Assembly (NCBI GenBank): GCA_963674705.1
Contig: OY771506.1
Coordinates: forward strand, 4,896,001-4,960,000
Length of the DNA: 64,000 bases
Direction: 5' to 3'
DNA from: Phycisphaeraceae bacterium
GTDB taxonomy: Bacteria; Planctomycetota; Phycisphaerae; Phycisphaerales; Phycisphaeraceae
Position 1 is the first letter of the stretch. Each line of letters opens with the position of its first letter. A program made the translations under genes and the position numbers. This document shows positions 48,497-58,281 of the stretch, piece after piece. The notes beneath the pieces were generated by a model. The model saw only the letters and a program-made list of their open reading frames with translations. It searched no databases and was not told where the DNA came from.

Positions 48497-49762
48497 ATGA
48501 CAGAAACGAATCAACCCGGCTCAGATACACTGCTCGGCAAGCTGCTGGTAGACCGCGGCCTGGCGACCAAGGAAGACATCGAACTGTGTCTGCGCAAGCA
48601 GCGAGAGATCTCGCTGGAGTCCAGCGCCGTCGGTGAGGACGAAGCACCCAATCAGCGCAGCTTCGCACAGGTCGTCATCGAAGAGGGCATCGCAACCCAG
48701 AAGCAGATCGAGCGGCTGCGTCCGGAAGTCGAAGAGCAGAGCGGCAAGCGACAGATACCGGGCTACCAGATCCTTGAAAGGCTCGGCGCCGGTGCGATGG
48801 CGACGGTCTACAAAGCACGGCAACTGAACCTCGATCGCATGGTCGCGATCAAAGTGCTGCCCCGCAAGCACACGAATAATGATGACTTCGTGAAGCGTTT
48901 CTATGCCGAGGGCAAGGCTGCCGCAAAGCTGAACCACCCGAACATCATCGGCGCGATCGACGTGGGCCAGGCGGGCGATACGCACTACTTCGTCATGGAA
49001 TATGTCGAGGGCCGCAGCGTCTTCGAGGAAATCCAAGATAACGGGCCATACAAGGAAGAAGACGCGCTTCGGATCGCGATCGATGTGACTCGAGCGCTTG
49101 AGCACGCTCATAAGGCCGGTTTCGTTCACCGTGATGTGAAGCCCAAGAACATCATGATGACGGTGGACAACGTCGCGAAGCTGGCGGACATGGGTCTGGC
49201 TCGTGCGGTCAGTGATCGTGAAGCCGCGGAAGCCGAAGCCGGCAAAGCGTTCGGCACCCCCTACTACATCTCGCCCGAGCAGATCAAGGGCGAAGTCGAT
49301 GTCGACAAGCGGGCTGACATCTACAGCCTCGGCTGCACGCTCTATCACATGGTGACCGGCCGCGTGCCGTTCGATGGCCCGAATCCCTCGGCGGTGATGC
49401 GCAAGCACCTGAACACGGACGTGACGCCGGTCGACCACATCAACCACGAACTGACGCGCGGGCTGGCGGAGATCATCGAGGTCTGCATGGCCAAGGACCG
49501 CAAGCAGCGCTACAGCAATGCCGGCGACCTGCTGCGCGACCTGGAGGCGGTTGCCCGTGGTGAAGCCCCGCCGCACGCTCGCAAGATGTTCGACCTGTCA
49601 GAACTCTCGGCCTTGGATCAGAGCGCCGGCGCGATGGAGATCGTCACGCTGCCTCAGCCAGAGCCGTTGGTTGAATCTCCCTTGTTCTGGGTGGCGGCGA
49701 TCGGCTGGTTCGGCGTAGTGATGCTGCTGATCGTCGTGGTCGTGATGCTCTCTCAAGCCTGA
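48497..49762 (+). CDS. Hanks-type Ser/Thr protein kinase with N-terminal MshEN-like helices and C-terminal TM
   Basis: GAGAMA, VAIK, HRDVKPKN, DMGLA, GTPYYISPE, DIYSLG. Confidence 0.93.
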   Translation: MTETNQPGSDTLLGKLLVDRGLATKEDIELCLRKQREISLESSAVGEDEAPNQRSFAQVVIEEGIATQKQIERLRPEVEEQSGKRQIPGYQILERLGAGAMATVYKARQLNLDRMVAIKVLPRKHTNNDDFVKRFYAEGKAAAKLNHPNIIGAIDVGQAGDTHYFVMEYVEGRSVFEEIQDNGPYKEEDALRIAIDVTRALEHAHKAGFVHRDVKPKNIMMTVDNVAKLADMGLARAVSDREAAEAEAGKAFGTPYYISPEQIKGEVDVDKRADIYSLGCTLYHMVTGRVPFDGPNPSAVMRKHLNTDVTPVDHINHELTRGLAEIIEVCMAKDRKQRYSNAGDLLRDLEAVARGEAPPHARKMFDLSELSALDQSAGAMEIVTLPQPEPLVESPLFWVAAIGWFGVVMLLIVVVVMLSQA

Positions 49763-49888
49763 GACCCACCCTTTTCGATCCCAATTGGCTAAGAATCCGG
49801 GCCTTGGAACAATCCGAGGCGTTCGGTGGTTATACCTGTTGATAACAACAACCGATATGTGTACTGAGGACCGCCCGGCTTATTTACC

Positions 49889-50431
49889 ATGGCAGAGAAT
49901 ACCCCCCAAAACGCGACCGGCATGCCTGCCGAGCAGAGCAGGTCTAACACGAAGAATCACGTTTGGCTTTTCATTTTTGTAATTGCGGTGCTGCTGGCGG
50001 TTATCACGTTGGCAGGCCAATTGCGTCAACAGAATGCGGCGGACCACGGCCTGGTGGAGTGGCGTGGCAGCTATGACGCGGCGGTGCTGGAAGCGGCGGA
50101 CAACGGTAAGCCCATCCTGCTTGTGTTCGGCGCGCAGTGGTGTCAGCCCTGCAAGCAGATGAAGGCGTTTGTGTATTCCGACCAGAAAGTCGCTGACGCG
50201 ATCGAAGCGGACTTCGTGCCGTTCTATGCGGACCTGACCGATGAACAGGGGCCGAACGTGGCACTCGCCCAGCGGTACGGCGTGTCGAACATCCCGAGCC
50301 TGCTGGTGCTGGATGCTGAAGGCAACCCGGTTGCCGGCACGGTCGGCTATATGAACAAGGCTGAATTCATAGTGTGGTTGAGCAGCGCCGAACAGCGCTA
50401 CAATACCCCGGCGGTCACGACAGCCGGCTAA
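49889..50431 (+). CDS. Membrane-anchored thioredoxin-family protein
   Basis: WCQPCK active site, N-terminal TM, YGVSNIP. Confidence 0.88.
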   Translation: MAENTPQNATGMPAEQSRSNTKNHVWLFIFVIAVLLAVITLAGQLRQQNAADHGLVEWRGSYDAAVLEAADNGKPILLVFGAQWCQPCKQMKAFVYSDQKVADAIEADFVPFYADLTDEQGPNVALAQRYGVSNIPSLLVLDAEGNPVAGTVGYMNKAEFIVWLSSAEQRYNTPAVTTAG

Positions 50432-50522
50432 CCCGCCCTTCGGCGCCTGACGGATCAGGCGGATTCAGCCGATACGCTTGCCGGGCGAATCCGTAAGGAC
50501 AAATCAAACGAAAGGCACAGCG

Positions 50523-51581
50523 ATGACAACACCGCTTGGCTCGCTTATTGAATGTGGCACGAAACTCTGGCTCGATTCGGTTGACCCACAGCTAACGGTC
50601 AAGAACCGCAAGATCGGCGCGACCGGGGCGACCTCCAATCCGATCATCGTCTCGGACCTGATCAAAACCGGGCGCTTCGATGACAAACTGACCGAGCTTT
50701 TCGAAGCCGGCCACGACGATGATGAAGTCGCGTGGTTGATGACGGACCACTTGGTGCAGCAAGCGCAGGATGTGTTCCTGCCTGTCTGGGAAGAAACGAA
50801 CGGCAACGACGGTTATGTCAGCTTTGAGTTGGACCCCTTATTGGAAGACAAGGAACTCGGGCCGAACCACGATACGCGCGTCAAGCGGTATATCGAGCTT
50901 GGCAAGCAGTGGTCGAAGGGCCACAAGAACCGGATGATCAAGGTGCCCGCCACGGATGCGGGATTGGATGCGCTGGAAGAACTGGCCGCGGCGGGGATCA
51001 CGCTGAACGTGACGCTGATTTTCTCTGAACGTCAATACAAAAAAGCACGCGAAGCGGTGTGGCGAGGCGCACAACGTCGCGCGGATGGGCTGGACGGATT
51101 CAAGAGCGTGTACAGCATTTTCGTTTCGCGCGTGGATGTGTACACGGACAAGCACGTACCGGAGCTGATTGATGCTGCCCAAGGACAGGTCGGCATCGTC
51201 AATGTCAAACGTCTATGGCAGCAGAACCAGGACTTCTGGGCCGACAAGGGGTTGAAGCTTCAGCAGGAAATCATCTTCGCCTCGACGGGCACGAAAAAGC
51301 CTGAGGACCCGGCCGACAAATACGTCGAAGCCCTGGCCGGCAGTGACATCCAGACCAACCCACCCGCTACCAATGATGCGGTGCAGGAGCTTGGCAAGAA
51401 ATATTCGCGCAAGGTCGATCAGATGCCTTCGCAGCTAGTGCTTGACGACATCGATGCGAAGGTCGACCAGGATGATCTGGAGAAGACGCTGATGGCGGAG
51501 GGCACTGCGAAGTTTGCCGATCCGCACAAGAAGCTGCTTGAACTGATCGGATCGAAGCGTGAATCGCTGGCAACGGCGTGA
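50523..51581 (+). CDS. tal: Transaldolase
   Basis: [39 protein letters not shown]. Confidence 0.92.
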   Translation: MTTPLGSLIECGTKLWLDSVDPQLTVKNRKIGATGATSNPIIVSDLIKTGRFDDKLTELFEAGHDDDEVAWLMTDHLVQQAQDVFLPVWEETNGNDGYVSFELDPLLEDKELGPNHDTRVKRYIELGKQWSKGHKNRMIKVPATDAGLDALEELAAAGITLNVTLIFSERQYKKAREAVWRGAQRRADGLDGFKSVYSIFVSRVDVYTDKHVPELIDAAQGQVGIVNVKRLWQQNQDFWADKGLKLQQEIIFASTGTKKPEDPADKYVEALAGSDIQTNPPATNDAVQELGKKYSRKVDQMPSQLVLDDIDAKVDQDDLEKTLMAEGTAKFADPHKKLLELIGSKRESLATA

Positions 51582-51607
51582 ATGCACCCAATACACCCAT
51601 GAATAGC

Positions 51608-51640
51608 AAAAGGCCGCGTCTTGCTGGACGTGGTCTTTTT
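51608..51640 (+). terminator. Rho-independent terminator after tal
   Basis: AAGGCCGCGTC..GACGTGGTCTTTTT. Confidence 0.65.
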
Positions 51641-51734
51641 CATTCAGTAAAACGAGTTCATGTGTGTGAGTATGGATAGCTTACAATCACTGGGAAAACT
51701 CAAGGACAGTCCCTTCTGAATAAGGAACCGGGTA

Positions 51735-53231
51735 ATGGGTTTCATCCTCTCGCTGGATCAGGGCACGACCAGCTCACGTGCGATCGTGTTCGATGAGAAC
51801 GGATCGATGGTGTCGGTGGCGCAGCGCCCCTTCCGGCAGATCTTTCCTAAGCCCGGATGGGTGGAGCACGATGCGAACGAGATCTGGTCGAGCCAGGCGG
51901 GTGTGATCGCGGAGGTGCTTGCCCAGAAAGATGTACGTGCTGCGGATATCGCCTGCATCGGGATTACCAACCAGCGAGAAACGACCATCGTGTGGGACCA
52001 CAAGACAGGCAAGCCGATCTGCAACGCGATCGTCTGGCAGGATCGGCGTACCGCACCGCTTTGCGACAAGCTCAAAGCGGACGGACTGGCAGACACATTT
52101 CGTGATAAGACCGGGCTGGTGCTGGATGCGTACTTTTCCGGGACCAAGATCGCGTGGATGCTCGACAACATCCCTGATGCACGAAAACGGGCGGAAAAAG
52201 GTGAGTTGGCGTTTGGCACGGTCGATTCATGGCTCGTCTACAAACTCACGAACGGCAAGCTGCACATCACCGATGCTTCCAACGCTTCACGAACACTGCT
52301 TTTCAATATCCACACGGCTGAATGGGATGATGAGCTTCTGAAGATTCTGAAAATCCCGCGGTCGATGCTGCCTGAGGTCAGGCCCAGTTCACAGGTCTAT
52401 GGCGAGGTGACGACAGCGTCGGAAGTCAAAGGCTTGCCGATCGGTTCGGTCATCGGGGATCAGCAGGCTGCGACGATGGGCCAGGTCTGCACGGAGCCGG
52501 GCTTAGCCAAGAACACCTACGGCACGGGGTGTTTCCTCTTGATGAATACCGGGAGCGAACCAGTCACTTCAAAGAATCAGCTACTCACCACCGTCGCATG
52601 GCAGCGCGACAACCAGATGACCTACGCGCTGGAGGGTAGTGTGTTCGTCGGCGGCGCGATCGTTCAGTGGTTGCGTGACGGTCTGAAAACGATCCGCAAT
52701 TCATCGCAGATTGAGTCGCTGGCGGCGAGCGTGCCGGACAGCGACGGCGTGTTCTTTGTGCCTGCGTTAACCGGCTTAGGTGCACCGGATTGGGACCCGT
52801 ACGCACGGGGAGCGATCCTCGGCATCACACGCGGCACGACCGATGCGCACATCGCTCGGGCGGCGCTGGACGGGATTGCGTTCCAGGTGGCGGACCTTGT
52901 GTTTGCGATGGCATCCGATCGCGGGGGCGAGATCAAGGAGTTGCGCGTCGATGGCGGTGCAGCGGTGAATGACCTGTTGCTGCAGATGCAGGCAGATATC
53001 CTGCAGACGCCGGTCGTCCGCCCCACCGTTTTGGAAACGACGGCGTTAGGCGCTGCCTACTTGGCGGGACTGGCGACAGGTTTTTACAAATCGCTGGAGG
53101 ATGTGCGAAGCCACTGGCAGGCGGACCGGACATTTGAGCCGAGGATGTCAGCCGATCGTGCCGGGGCGTTGCATGCACGTTGGCGTAAAGCTGTCGAGCG
53201 TGCGCGTGGATGGGAAACCGTTGCCGAGTAA
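51735..53231 (+). CDS. glpK: Glycerol kinase
   Basis: [39 protein letters not shown]. Confidence 0.97.
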   Translation: MGFILSLDQGTTSSRAIVFDENGSMVSVAQRPFRQIFPKPGWVEHDANEIWSSQAGVIAEVLAQKDVRAADIACIGITNQRETTIVWDHKTGKPICNAIVWQDRRTAPLCDKLKADGLADTFRDKTGLVLDAYFSGTKIAWMLDNIPDARKRAEKGELAFGTVDSWLVYKLTNGKLHITDASNASRTLLFNIHTAEWDDELLKILKIPRSMLPEVRPSSQVYGEVTTASEVKGLPIGSVIGDQQAATMGQVCTEPGLAKNTYGTGCFLLMNTGSEPVTSKNQLLTTVAWQRDNQMTYALEGSVFVGGAIVQWLRDGLKTIRNSSQIESLAASVPDSDGVFFVPALTGLGAPDWDPYARGAILGITRGTTDAHIARAALDGIAFQVADLVFAMASDRGGEIKELRVDGGAAVNDLLLQMQADILQTPVVRPTVLETTALGAAYLAGLATGFYKSLEDVRSHWQADRTFEPRMSADRAGALHARWRKAVERARGWETVAE

Positions 53232-53269
53232 ACGGCACCGGCGACAGTCGCTTCAATCACATCAACGAT

Positions 53270-53932
53270 TCACCGACACGCCCAGTGCATACCGCGGCGG
53301 ACGATCTCGCGTGCGGTCGGTTCGTCGAAGTCTTTGTAGGTATGGCCCCAGCTTGCGCCGAAGACGCGGCCCTTGGCCCAGGTCTTGGTCCAGGCGTAGG
53401 GCATGACGGTGCCCTTCTTGTAGAGCGTCGCGTCACCGTACTCACCCGTGAACGTGGTGGTGCAGAGGATGTGGACCCCGGGATCGAAGTGGCAGTAGTA
53501 CTGCTCGGTTTTCTTCAGTTCGAAGGACGGCAGGCCGTGGGTGATTTCGTGGGCCTGGTCGACGATGTCGACGGCGTAGACGGCCTGGTCGTTGCCGGGG
53601 TGGCTGACCCATTGGGCGCCGGTCATCCACTGGTATTCGGTATTCATCCGGAAGCTGTCGACCATCCCGCCGTGGAACCCGGCGACGCCCGTACCGGCGC
53701 GGACGGCGGTGTCGAGGCCCTTCCACTGCTCGTTACTGATCTGGCCCATGGTCCAGATCGGCACGACCAAGTCGGTTTTCGCCAATAGATCGGCATCGAG
53801 GTAGCTATCGAGGGTGTCGCTGACGGTGACTTGCATACCGTCGGAGCGGAGGATGGAGGCGAAAAGCTCGGCGGATTCCTTGGGTGTGTGGCCGTCCCAG
53901 CCGCCTTGGACGATCAATACGTGCTTGGCCAT
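53270..53932 (-). CDS. ThuA-like (class I glutamine amidotransferase-like) protein
   Basis: GGWDGH.P, GFHGGM.DSFR, WVSHPG, EQYY.H.DP, GRVF..SWGH; SD AGGAG before ATG 53932. Confidence 0.88.
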   Translation of the reverse strand: MAKHVLIVQGGWDGHTPKESAELFASILRSDGMQVTVSDTLDSYLDADLLAKTDLVVPIWTMGQISNEQWKGLDTAVRAGTGVAGFHGGMVDSFRMNTEYQWMTGAQWVSHPGNDQAVYAVDIVDQAHEITHGLPSFELKKTEQYYCHFDPGVHILCTTTFTGEYGDATLYKKGTVMPYAWTKTWAKGRVFGASWGHTYKDFDEPTAREIVRRGMHWACR

Positions 53933-54041
53933 GGTTGGCTCCTGGGTTAGGGATCGTGGCGTGCCGATTGTAACGAACGCACGGCGGGGTGCTATCCGGG
54001 ACATCCGTGGGGCATCCGGGAGTGGCGTCCGAGGGTATCGG

Positions 54042-54070
54042 CTTGACCTTGCCGCTTGTGGCGTCGATAC
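54042..54070 (+). promoter_or_regulatory. Putative sigma-70 promoter for the beta-propeller / purH-N genes
   Basis: TTGACC-N17-GATACT. Confidence 0.45.
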
Positions 54071-54169
54071 TTGTGGCCTGACTGGACATTCCCGAACCCA
54101 CCGCCCCACGGGTGTGCCCGGCCCTATCGTGGGCCCGTTGGGTTCACCCCGTGCCACGGAGATTCACGC

Positions 54170-55267
54170 ATGAAAACGACCCTGTTGGTTCGCTCGCTGC
54201 TAGGCCTGATGTTGTTGGTGGCTGCGGGTTGCGGCGATTGGTCACGCAGGAGCAGCCGCTCCGGCCTGCTGATCGAACCGGAGGACGCGGCCAAGCTCGG
54301 GTACGTCGTCACATGGTCCAACGACCTGGGTGTGCCCAACAATCACAACATCTCCTCCGCGACGATCCTCGGCGACACGCTATTCACGGTCGAAGCGCCT
54401 GACAACATGGTCACGGCCATCTCGATCCGGAATGGTGATGTGCTCTGGCGTCGTGTGATCGGTGAGAATACCGAAAGCATCTATAAACCGATCCGGGATG
54501 AAGAGCATGTCTACTTCAACAACGACACGACCCTCTTCACCCTCGGTGCGATCAACGGCAAACTGATGGCAACATCACAACTGGCGCACGTGGTCGAAAC
54601 CGGCCCGGTGATGATGGACCGGTACGCGATCTATGGTGCAGCCAACGGCACGGTCTTCGCACACGATATCGATACCGGTTACGCCAAGTGGGCGTACATG
54701 CTGACCGGCGGGATTGTCGTGCCACCGGTTGAATCGGAACGTTACGTGTTCACCGCTGACAGCAAGGGCATCTATGCCTCACTGGAAGCCATCTCCGGCG
54801 AACTGATCTTCCGCGGCAGGGCATTTGGCCCGATCACCGCAAAGCCGGCTGTATCACGTAATGCGGTGTATGTTGCCTCGCAGGATCAGACGCTCTACGC
54901 GGTCAACCGCCTCAACGGCCGGGATATGTGGGTCTATCGCTATACCAAGCCACTGACACTGGACCCCGCGACCTTCGGCCAGGTTGTTTATCTGCCGCTG
55001 CCCGGTGATGGGCTGATCGCTCTGGATGCGAATACCGGCGATGAAATGTGGCGCACACCGTTGCAGGGGAAGGTGGTCGGTCATAGCCAGAACAAGGTGA
55101 TGCTGCATCATCCCGACGGCATCCAGTGGGTGGATGAAGGTACGGGCCGGGTGCTCGTCGATGTCGAAACGATGCCGTTGCAAGAAGTCATCCCCGTGAC
55201 GGACAACGGCGGCCTGGTGATCATTTCGCCATCCGGGCGTATCCACCGCCTGCTGCCCAAGCGTTAA
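54170..55267 (+). CDS. PQQ-like beta-propeller lipoprotein (BamB-like)
   Basis: Lipobox AAGC; repeated A.d..tG...W blades. Confidence 0.85.
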   Translation: MKTTLLVRSLLGLMLLVAAGCGDWSRRSSRSGLLIEPEDAAKLGYVVTWSNDLGVPNNHNISSATILGDTLFTVEAPDNMVTAISIRNGDVLWRRVIGENTESIYKPIRDEEHVYFNNDTTLFTLGAINGKLMATSQLAHVVETGPVMMDRYAIYGAANGTVFAHDIDTGYAKWAYMLTGGIVVPPVESERYVFTADSKGIYASLEAISGELIFRGRAFGPITAKPAVSRNAVYVASQDQTLYAVNRLNGRDMWVYRYTKPLTLDPATFGQVVYLPLPGDGLIALDANTGDEMWRTPLQGKVVGHSQNKVMLHHPDGIQWVDEGTGRVLVDVETMPLQEVIPVTDNGGLVIISPSGRIHRLLPKR

Positions 55268-55325
55268 CAAGCGACAAGCCAACCTAACACGTACGTACAA
55301 CGCCAACCTTATCAAAGCTCTAACT

Positions 55326-55925
55326 ATGCCAGACCTGGTCAAGATCAAAACAGCACTGGTTTCGGTCAGTGACAAGACCGACCTGATCCCCTTCGCCCGT
55401 AAGCTCGTGCATTACGGCGCTACGATCATCTCCACCGGCGGGACCGCCAAGGCGCTTAGCGAAGCGGGCATCGACGTGACGCCGATCAATGAAGTCACAG
55501 GCTTCCCGGAGATGATGGACGGGCGGGTCAAAACGCTGCACCCGAAGGTGCACGGCGGGCTGCTGTCGCTGCGTGATAAACCCGAACACGCCAAAGCCAT
55601 GACCGACCACGGCATCACCGCGATCGACCTGGTCTGTGTGAATCTGTATCCGTTCGAAAAGACCGTCGCCCAGGAAGGCGTAACCGATGACGAAGCGATC
55701 GAACAGATCGACATCGGCGGCCCATCCATGATCCGTAGCGCCTCTAAGAACCACCGCTACGTCACCTGCGTCACCGACCCCAAGCAATACGACCAGGTCG
55801 GCAACGACATCGACGGCAACGATGGCGCGACCACGTTCACCCTACGCCGTCGGCTTGCGACCGCCGCGTTCAAGCGTACCAGTGAGTATGACAAGGCGAT
55901 CACGGAGTGGATGGCGAATCGGTGA
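55326..55925 (+). CDS. purH: Stand-alone IMP cyclohydrolase (MGS-like N-terminal domain of PurH)
   Basis: ALVSVSDKT, STGGTA, GRVKTLHPKVHGG, IDIGGPSMIR.A.KNH; stops at residue 199 with no AICAR transformylase domain. Confidence 0.85.
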   Translation: MPDLVKIKTALVSVSDKTDLIPFARKLVHYGATIISTGGTAKALSEAGIDVTPINEVTGFPEMMDGRVKTLHPKVHGGLLSLRDKPEHAKAMTDHGITAIDLVCVNLYPFEKTVAQEGVTDDEAIEQIDIGGPSMIRSASKNHRYVTCVTDPKQYDQVGNDIDGNDGATTFTLRRRLATAAFKRTSEYDKAITEWMANR

Positions 55926-55953
55926 GATTGGGGATTGGGGATTGGGGATTGGG
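55925..55953. repeat. 7-mer tandem (GATTGGG)n
   Basis: agattggggattggggattggggattggg. Confidence 0.8.
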
Positions 55954-55978
55954 AAATTCTATTTTGTGCGATAGCACA

Positions 55979-56016
55979 CCAACGCCGGTCCTGAGCGCAG
56001 CGAAGGGGCGGGTATC
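55979..56016 (+). repeat. Dispersed repeat CCAACGCCGGTCCTGAGCGCAGCGAAGG, copy 2
   Basis: Matches 3393-3430. Confidence 0.85.
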
Positions 56017-56120
56017 CGTATATTCGTTTCACACCTCAATATCACGACGGCGGTCTCCAAATCCGTGCCCGTTAACTTCTTGTGGGTGTAATTAACAGCC
56101 CGGCAGGTGGTGCACTTATG

Positions 56121-57137
56121 CTATTCGCGTATCGGTTTGAGGTAGTATGGGTCAACATCGTATGCAAGGGCACCCGGGCGAGAGTAATTACTGCACTCTG
56201 ATATAATTGAAATATCAATTGGGCCAATCTCATCGTACTCGTCCCCGACTAGATGGGCGATAGGTATACCCAAACTGTCCAATGTAATCGGGCCCCCGTG
56301 GTATGAGCGTGTTTCTTCGTATCGCAGCTGCGTACCGACTTCGAGTAATGCTACGACCTTGCGCCACTTCCAAGCTTTCGAGCCAACCCGGCGGTATTCC
56401 TCAAGCATGGCTGGATCTGCAACGGCACTGGTTAAGGGGTGCCGATAATCAATGATGTATTCGATCCCGAAAGGTGTCTTCTTGCGAAGTACAACTGCAC
56501 GCCTGTTTTGCAACTCATAGATTTGCCCCGGAACATAGTCGGTACACCAGTTCACGGGCTCGTCATCCGCGGGAGTTATGCGAATTCGTGATCCCGGCGG
56601 CACTTCATCCAAGGGTTTGAGATACTCGGGATCAACATCTTGCGCATTGGTGGGGTGGCTAGATCTTGGCTTAGAAAGCCTGATCATGCATATCGGCCCC
56701 ACATCATTAAATTCGTCAGAAACAAATCGACCGACCGGAACGCCCATAGAGCCGAACACGACCCCGCCGTCGTATTTACGGGTTTCCTCATATCGTATGA
56801 GCGTACCGGGCTTCAGAATGGCTATTGTTTTGGGCCATGCCTTGGGACCCTTTCGGAGGTATTCATCCAGGTATTGGGGGGCACCATAATGTGAATTAGA
56901 ATAATCTCCTATCCTGACGATGTTGTAGTCGGCTACATATGCTCTGTCCCGTACTAAGATCATTGACTTCTGAAGTTCATAGACTTGCCCGGGGATAAAG
57001 TCTGTCACCCAGTGAATCGGTTTTGATGGTACTGCCTTGTCACGTGTATTCGAATATCGGGGTGGTGGCACCCACATGCACCCCGCACCCGATGCAACAA
57101 GAGCAAAAAACATGAGGCACAAAAGTAGCTTATGCAT
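56121..57137 (-). CDS. Hypothetical lipoprotein with two tandem ~140-aa homologous domains
   Basis: Lipobox SGAGC; repeats W.TD..PGQ.YELQ...RYEETR.Y.GG...DVDP.YLKP; lower GC. Confidence 0.75.
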   Translation of the reverse strand: MHKLLLCLMFFALVASGAGCMWVPPPRYSNTRDKAVPSKPIHWVTDFIPGQVYELQKSMILVRDRAYVADYNIVRIGDYSNSHYGAPQYLDEYLRKGPKAWPKTIAILKPGTLIRYEETRKYDGGVVFGSMGVPVGRFVSDEFNDVGPICMIRLSKPRSSHPTNAQDVDPEYLKPLDEVPPGSRIRITPADDEPVNWCTDYVPGQIYELQNRRAVVLRKKTPFGIEYIIDYRHPLTSAVADPAMLEEYRRVGSKAWKWRKVVALLEVGTQLRYEETRSYHGGPITLDSLGIPIAHLVGDEYDEIGPIDISIISECSNYSRPGALAYDVDPYYLKPIRE

Positions 57138-57197
57138 GGTGTTCGATTCCAATAAGAGAGAAAGGCATATAAATGCTCGTAACCTCTGTGGCCGATC

Positions 57198-58073
57198 TCA
57201 CCCCCCCAATATACGCATAATCTGCTGATTAAAGTCTTTCGCCGCAGCCGCGACAGCGGTTTTCCAGTCTGTTCCTGACATCTTCTCGTGCGCGTAGATC
57301 ACCGATCGACTCGCGGTGATGATCGCGCCGGTGCCGTCGGATTTGAAGCTGGCTTTGACATCTTCAGCGCCGCCGCCTTGGGCGCCGAAGCCGGGGACGA
57401 GGAAGAGTTGTTGGGGCATGCGCTGGCGTAGTGTGGCCGCGTCTTGCGGTTTGGTTGCGCCGACGACTGCGCCGAGGAGGCTGTAGCCGGAGGCGCCGAC
57501 GTAGCCGGGCTTGCATTTGCCTAGTTCAGCAACGATCCCTGCGACGGCGTCGCTGACGGTGCGTTTATCGGAGAGAAGTAGCGACTGCAGCGCATCGCCG
57601 CCGGGGTTGCTGGTGCGGACCAGGGCGAACAGACCCGTGCCGGTGGAGGCAGCGGCGTCGGCGAAGGGTTCGAGGCCGTCCGCGCCGAGGTAAGCGTTGA
57701 CGGTCAAGGCGTCGGCGGCGTGGTCGCCTGCAAGTAAGCCGGCCGCATAGTGGGCGGAGCTTAGACCGATGTCACCGCGTTTGGCATCCGCGATCACAAT
57801 CAGACCGAGTGACTTGGCGTGATCGACGACGCGTTCGTAGACCGCATACCCTGTCGAACCATAACGCTCGAAGCAGGCAAGTTGCGGCTTAACCGCGGGA
57901 ACGTAGTCGGCGACTGCATCGACGAGGTCTTTGCACCACGATTCAATGCGATGGACCGGATCACTGCCGGCCACCGCGTCGGGCAGGCGTTCGATGACCG
58001 GGTCCAAGCCGACACAAACGGGCGCGCCCTTCACTTCGGCTGCTTTCAAAAAACGATCGGCAAAGTGTTCGAT
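57198..58073 (-). CDS. pyrF: Orotidine-5'-phosphate decarboxylase (type 2)
   Basis: CVGLDP, KPQLACFE, DAKRGDIG, RTSNPG, GAVVGAT, LVPGFGAQG; start placed at an ATC after SD AAGGAGG. Confidence 0.93.
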   Translation of the reverse strand: MEHFADRFLKAAEVKGAPVCVGLDPVIERLPDAVAGSDPVHRIESWCKDLVDAVADYVPAVKPQLACFERYGSTGYAVYERVVDHAKSLGLIVIADAKRGDIGLSSAHYAAGLLAGDHAADALTVNAYLGADGLEPFADAAASTGTGLFALVRTSNPGGDALQSLLLSDKRTVSDAVAGIVAELGKCKPGYVGASGYSLLGAVVGATKPQDAATLRQRMPQQLFLVPGFGAQGGGAEDVKASFKSDGTGAIITASRSVIYAHEKMSGTDWKTAVAAAAKDFNQQIMRILGG

Positions 58074-58111
58074 GGCTAAGCCTCCTTTCGGCAGGCGGGA
58101 TTGTAAAAGAA

Positions 58112-58267
58112 AAGCCACAAAAAGGCACAAAAGGGCTAGGTAAATCAGACCGTAGAATTCATGTTTTTCTCTTACATTTCCCGGCTATGGAGGTACAGAT
58201 GAATACTGAAGTCCGGAAGCCTGATTGAACCAGCCATTTTGTGTGTTCTGTGCCTTTTCGTGGCTAA
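58112..58267. repeat. Family D inverted element
   Basis: AAGCCACAAAAAGGCACAAAA ... TTGTGTGTTCTGTGCCTTTTCGTGGCTAA. Confidence 0.8.
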
Positions 58268-58281
58268 TCCTCTTCGCAGAA

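Noticed and set aside
54071..54150. Possible ZMP/ZTP (pfl) riboswitch upstream of the purH-containing unit (TGACTGG present)
   Set aside because: Lacks the GGTGG..CCAC.GGGGAG stem and the downstream GCCTGGGC pseudoknot partner
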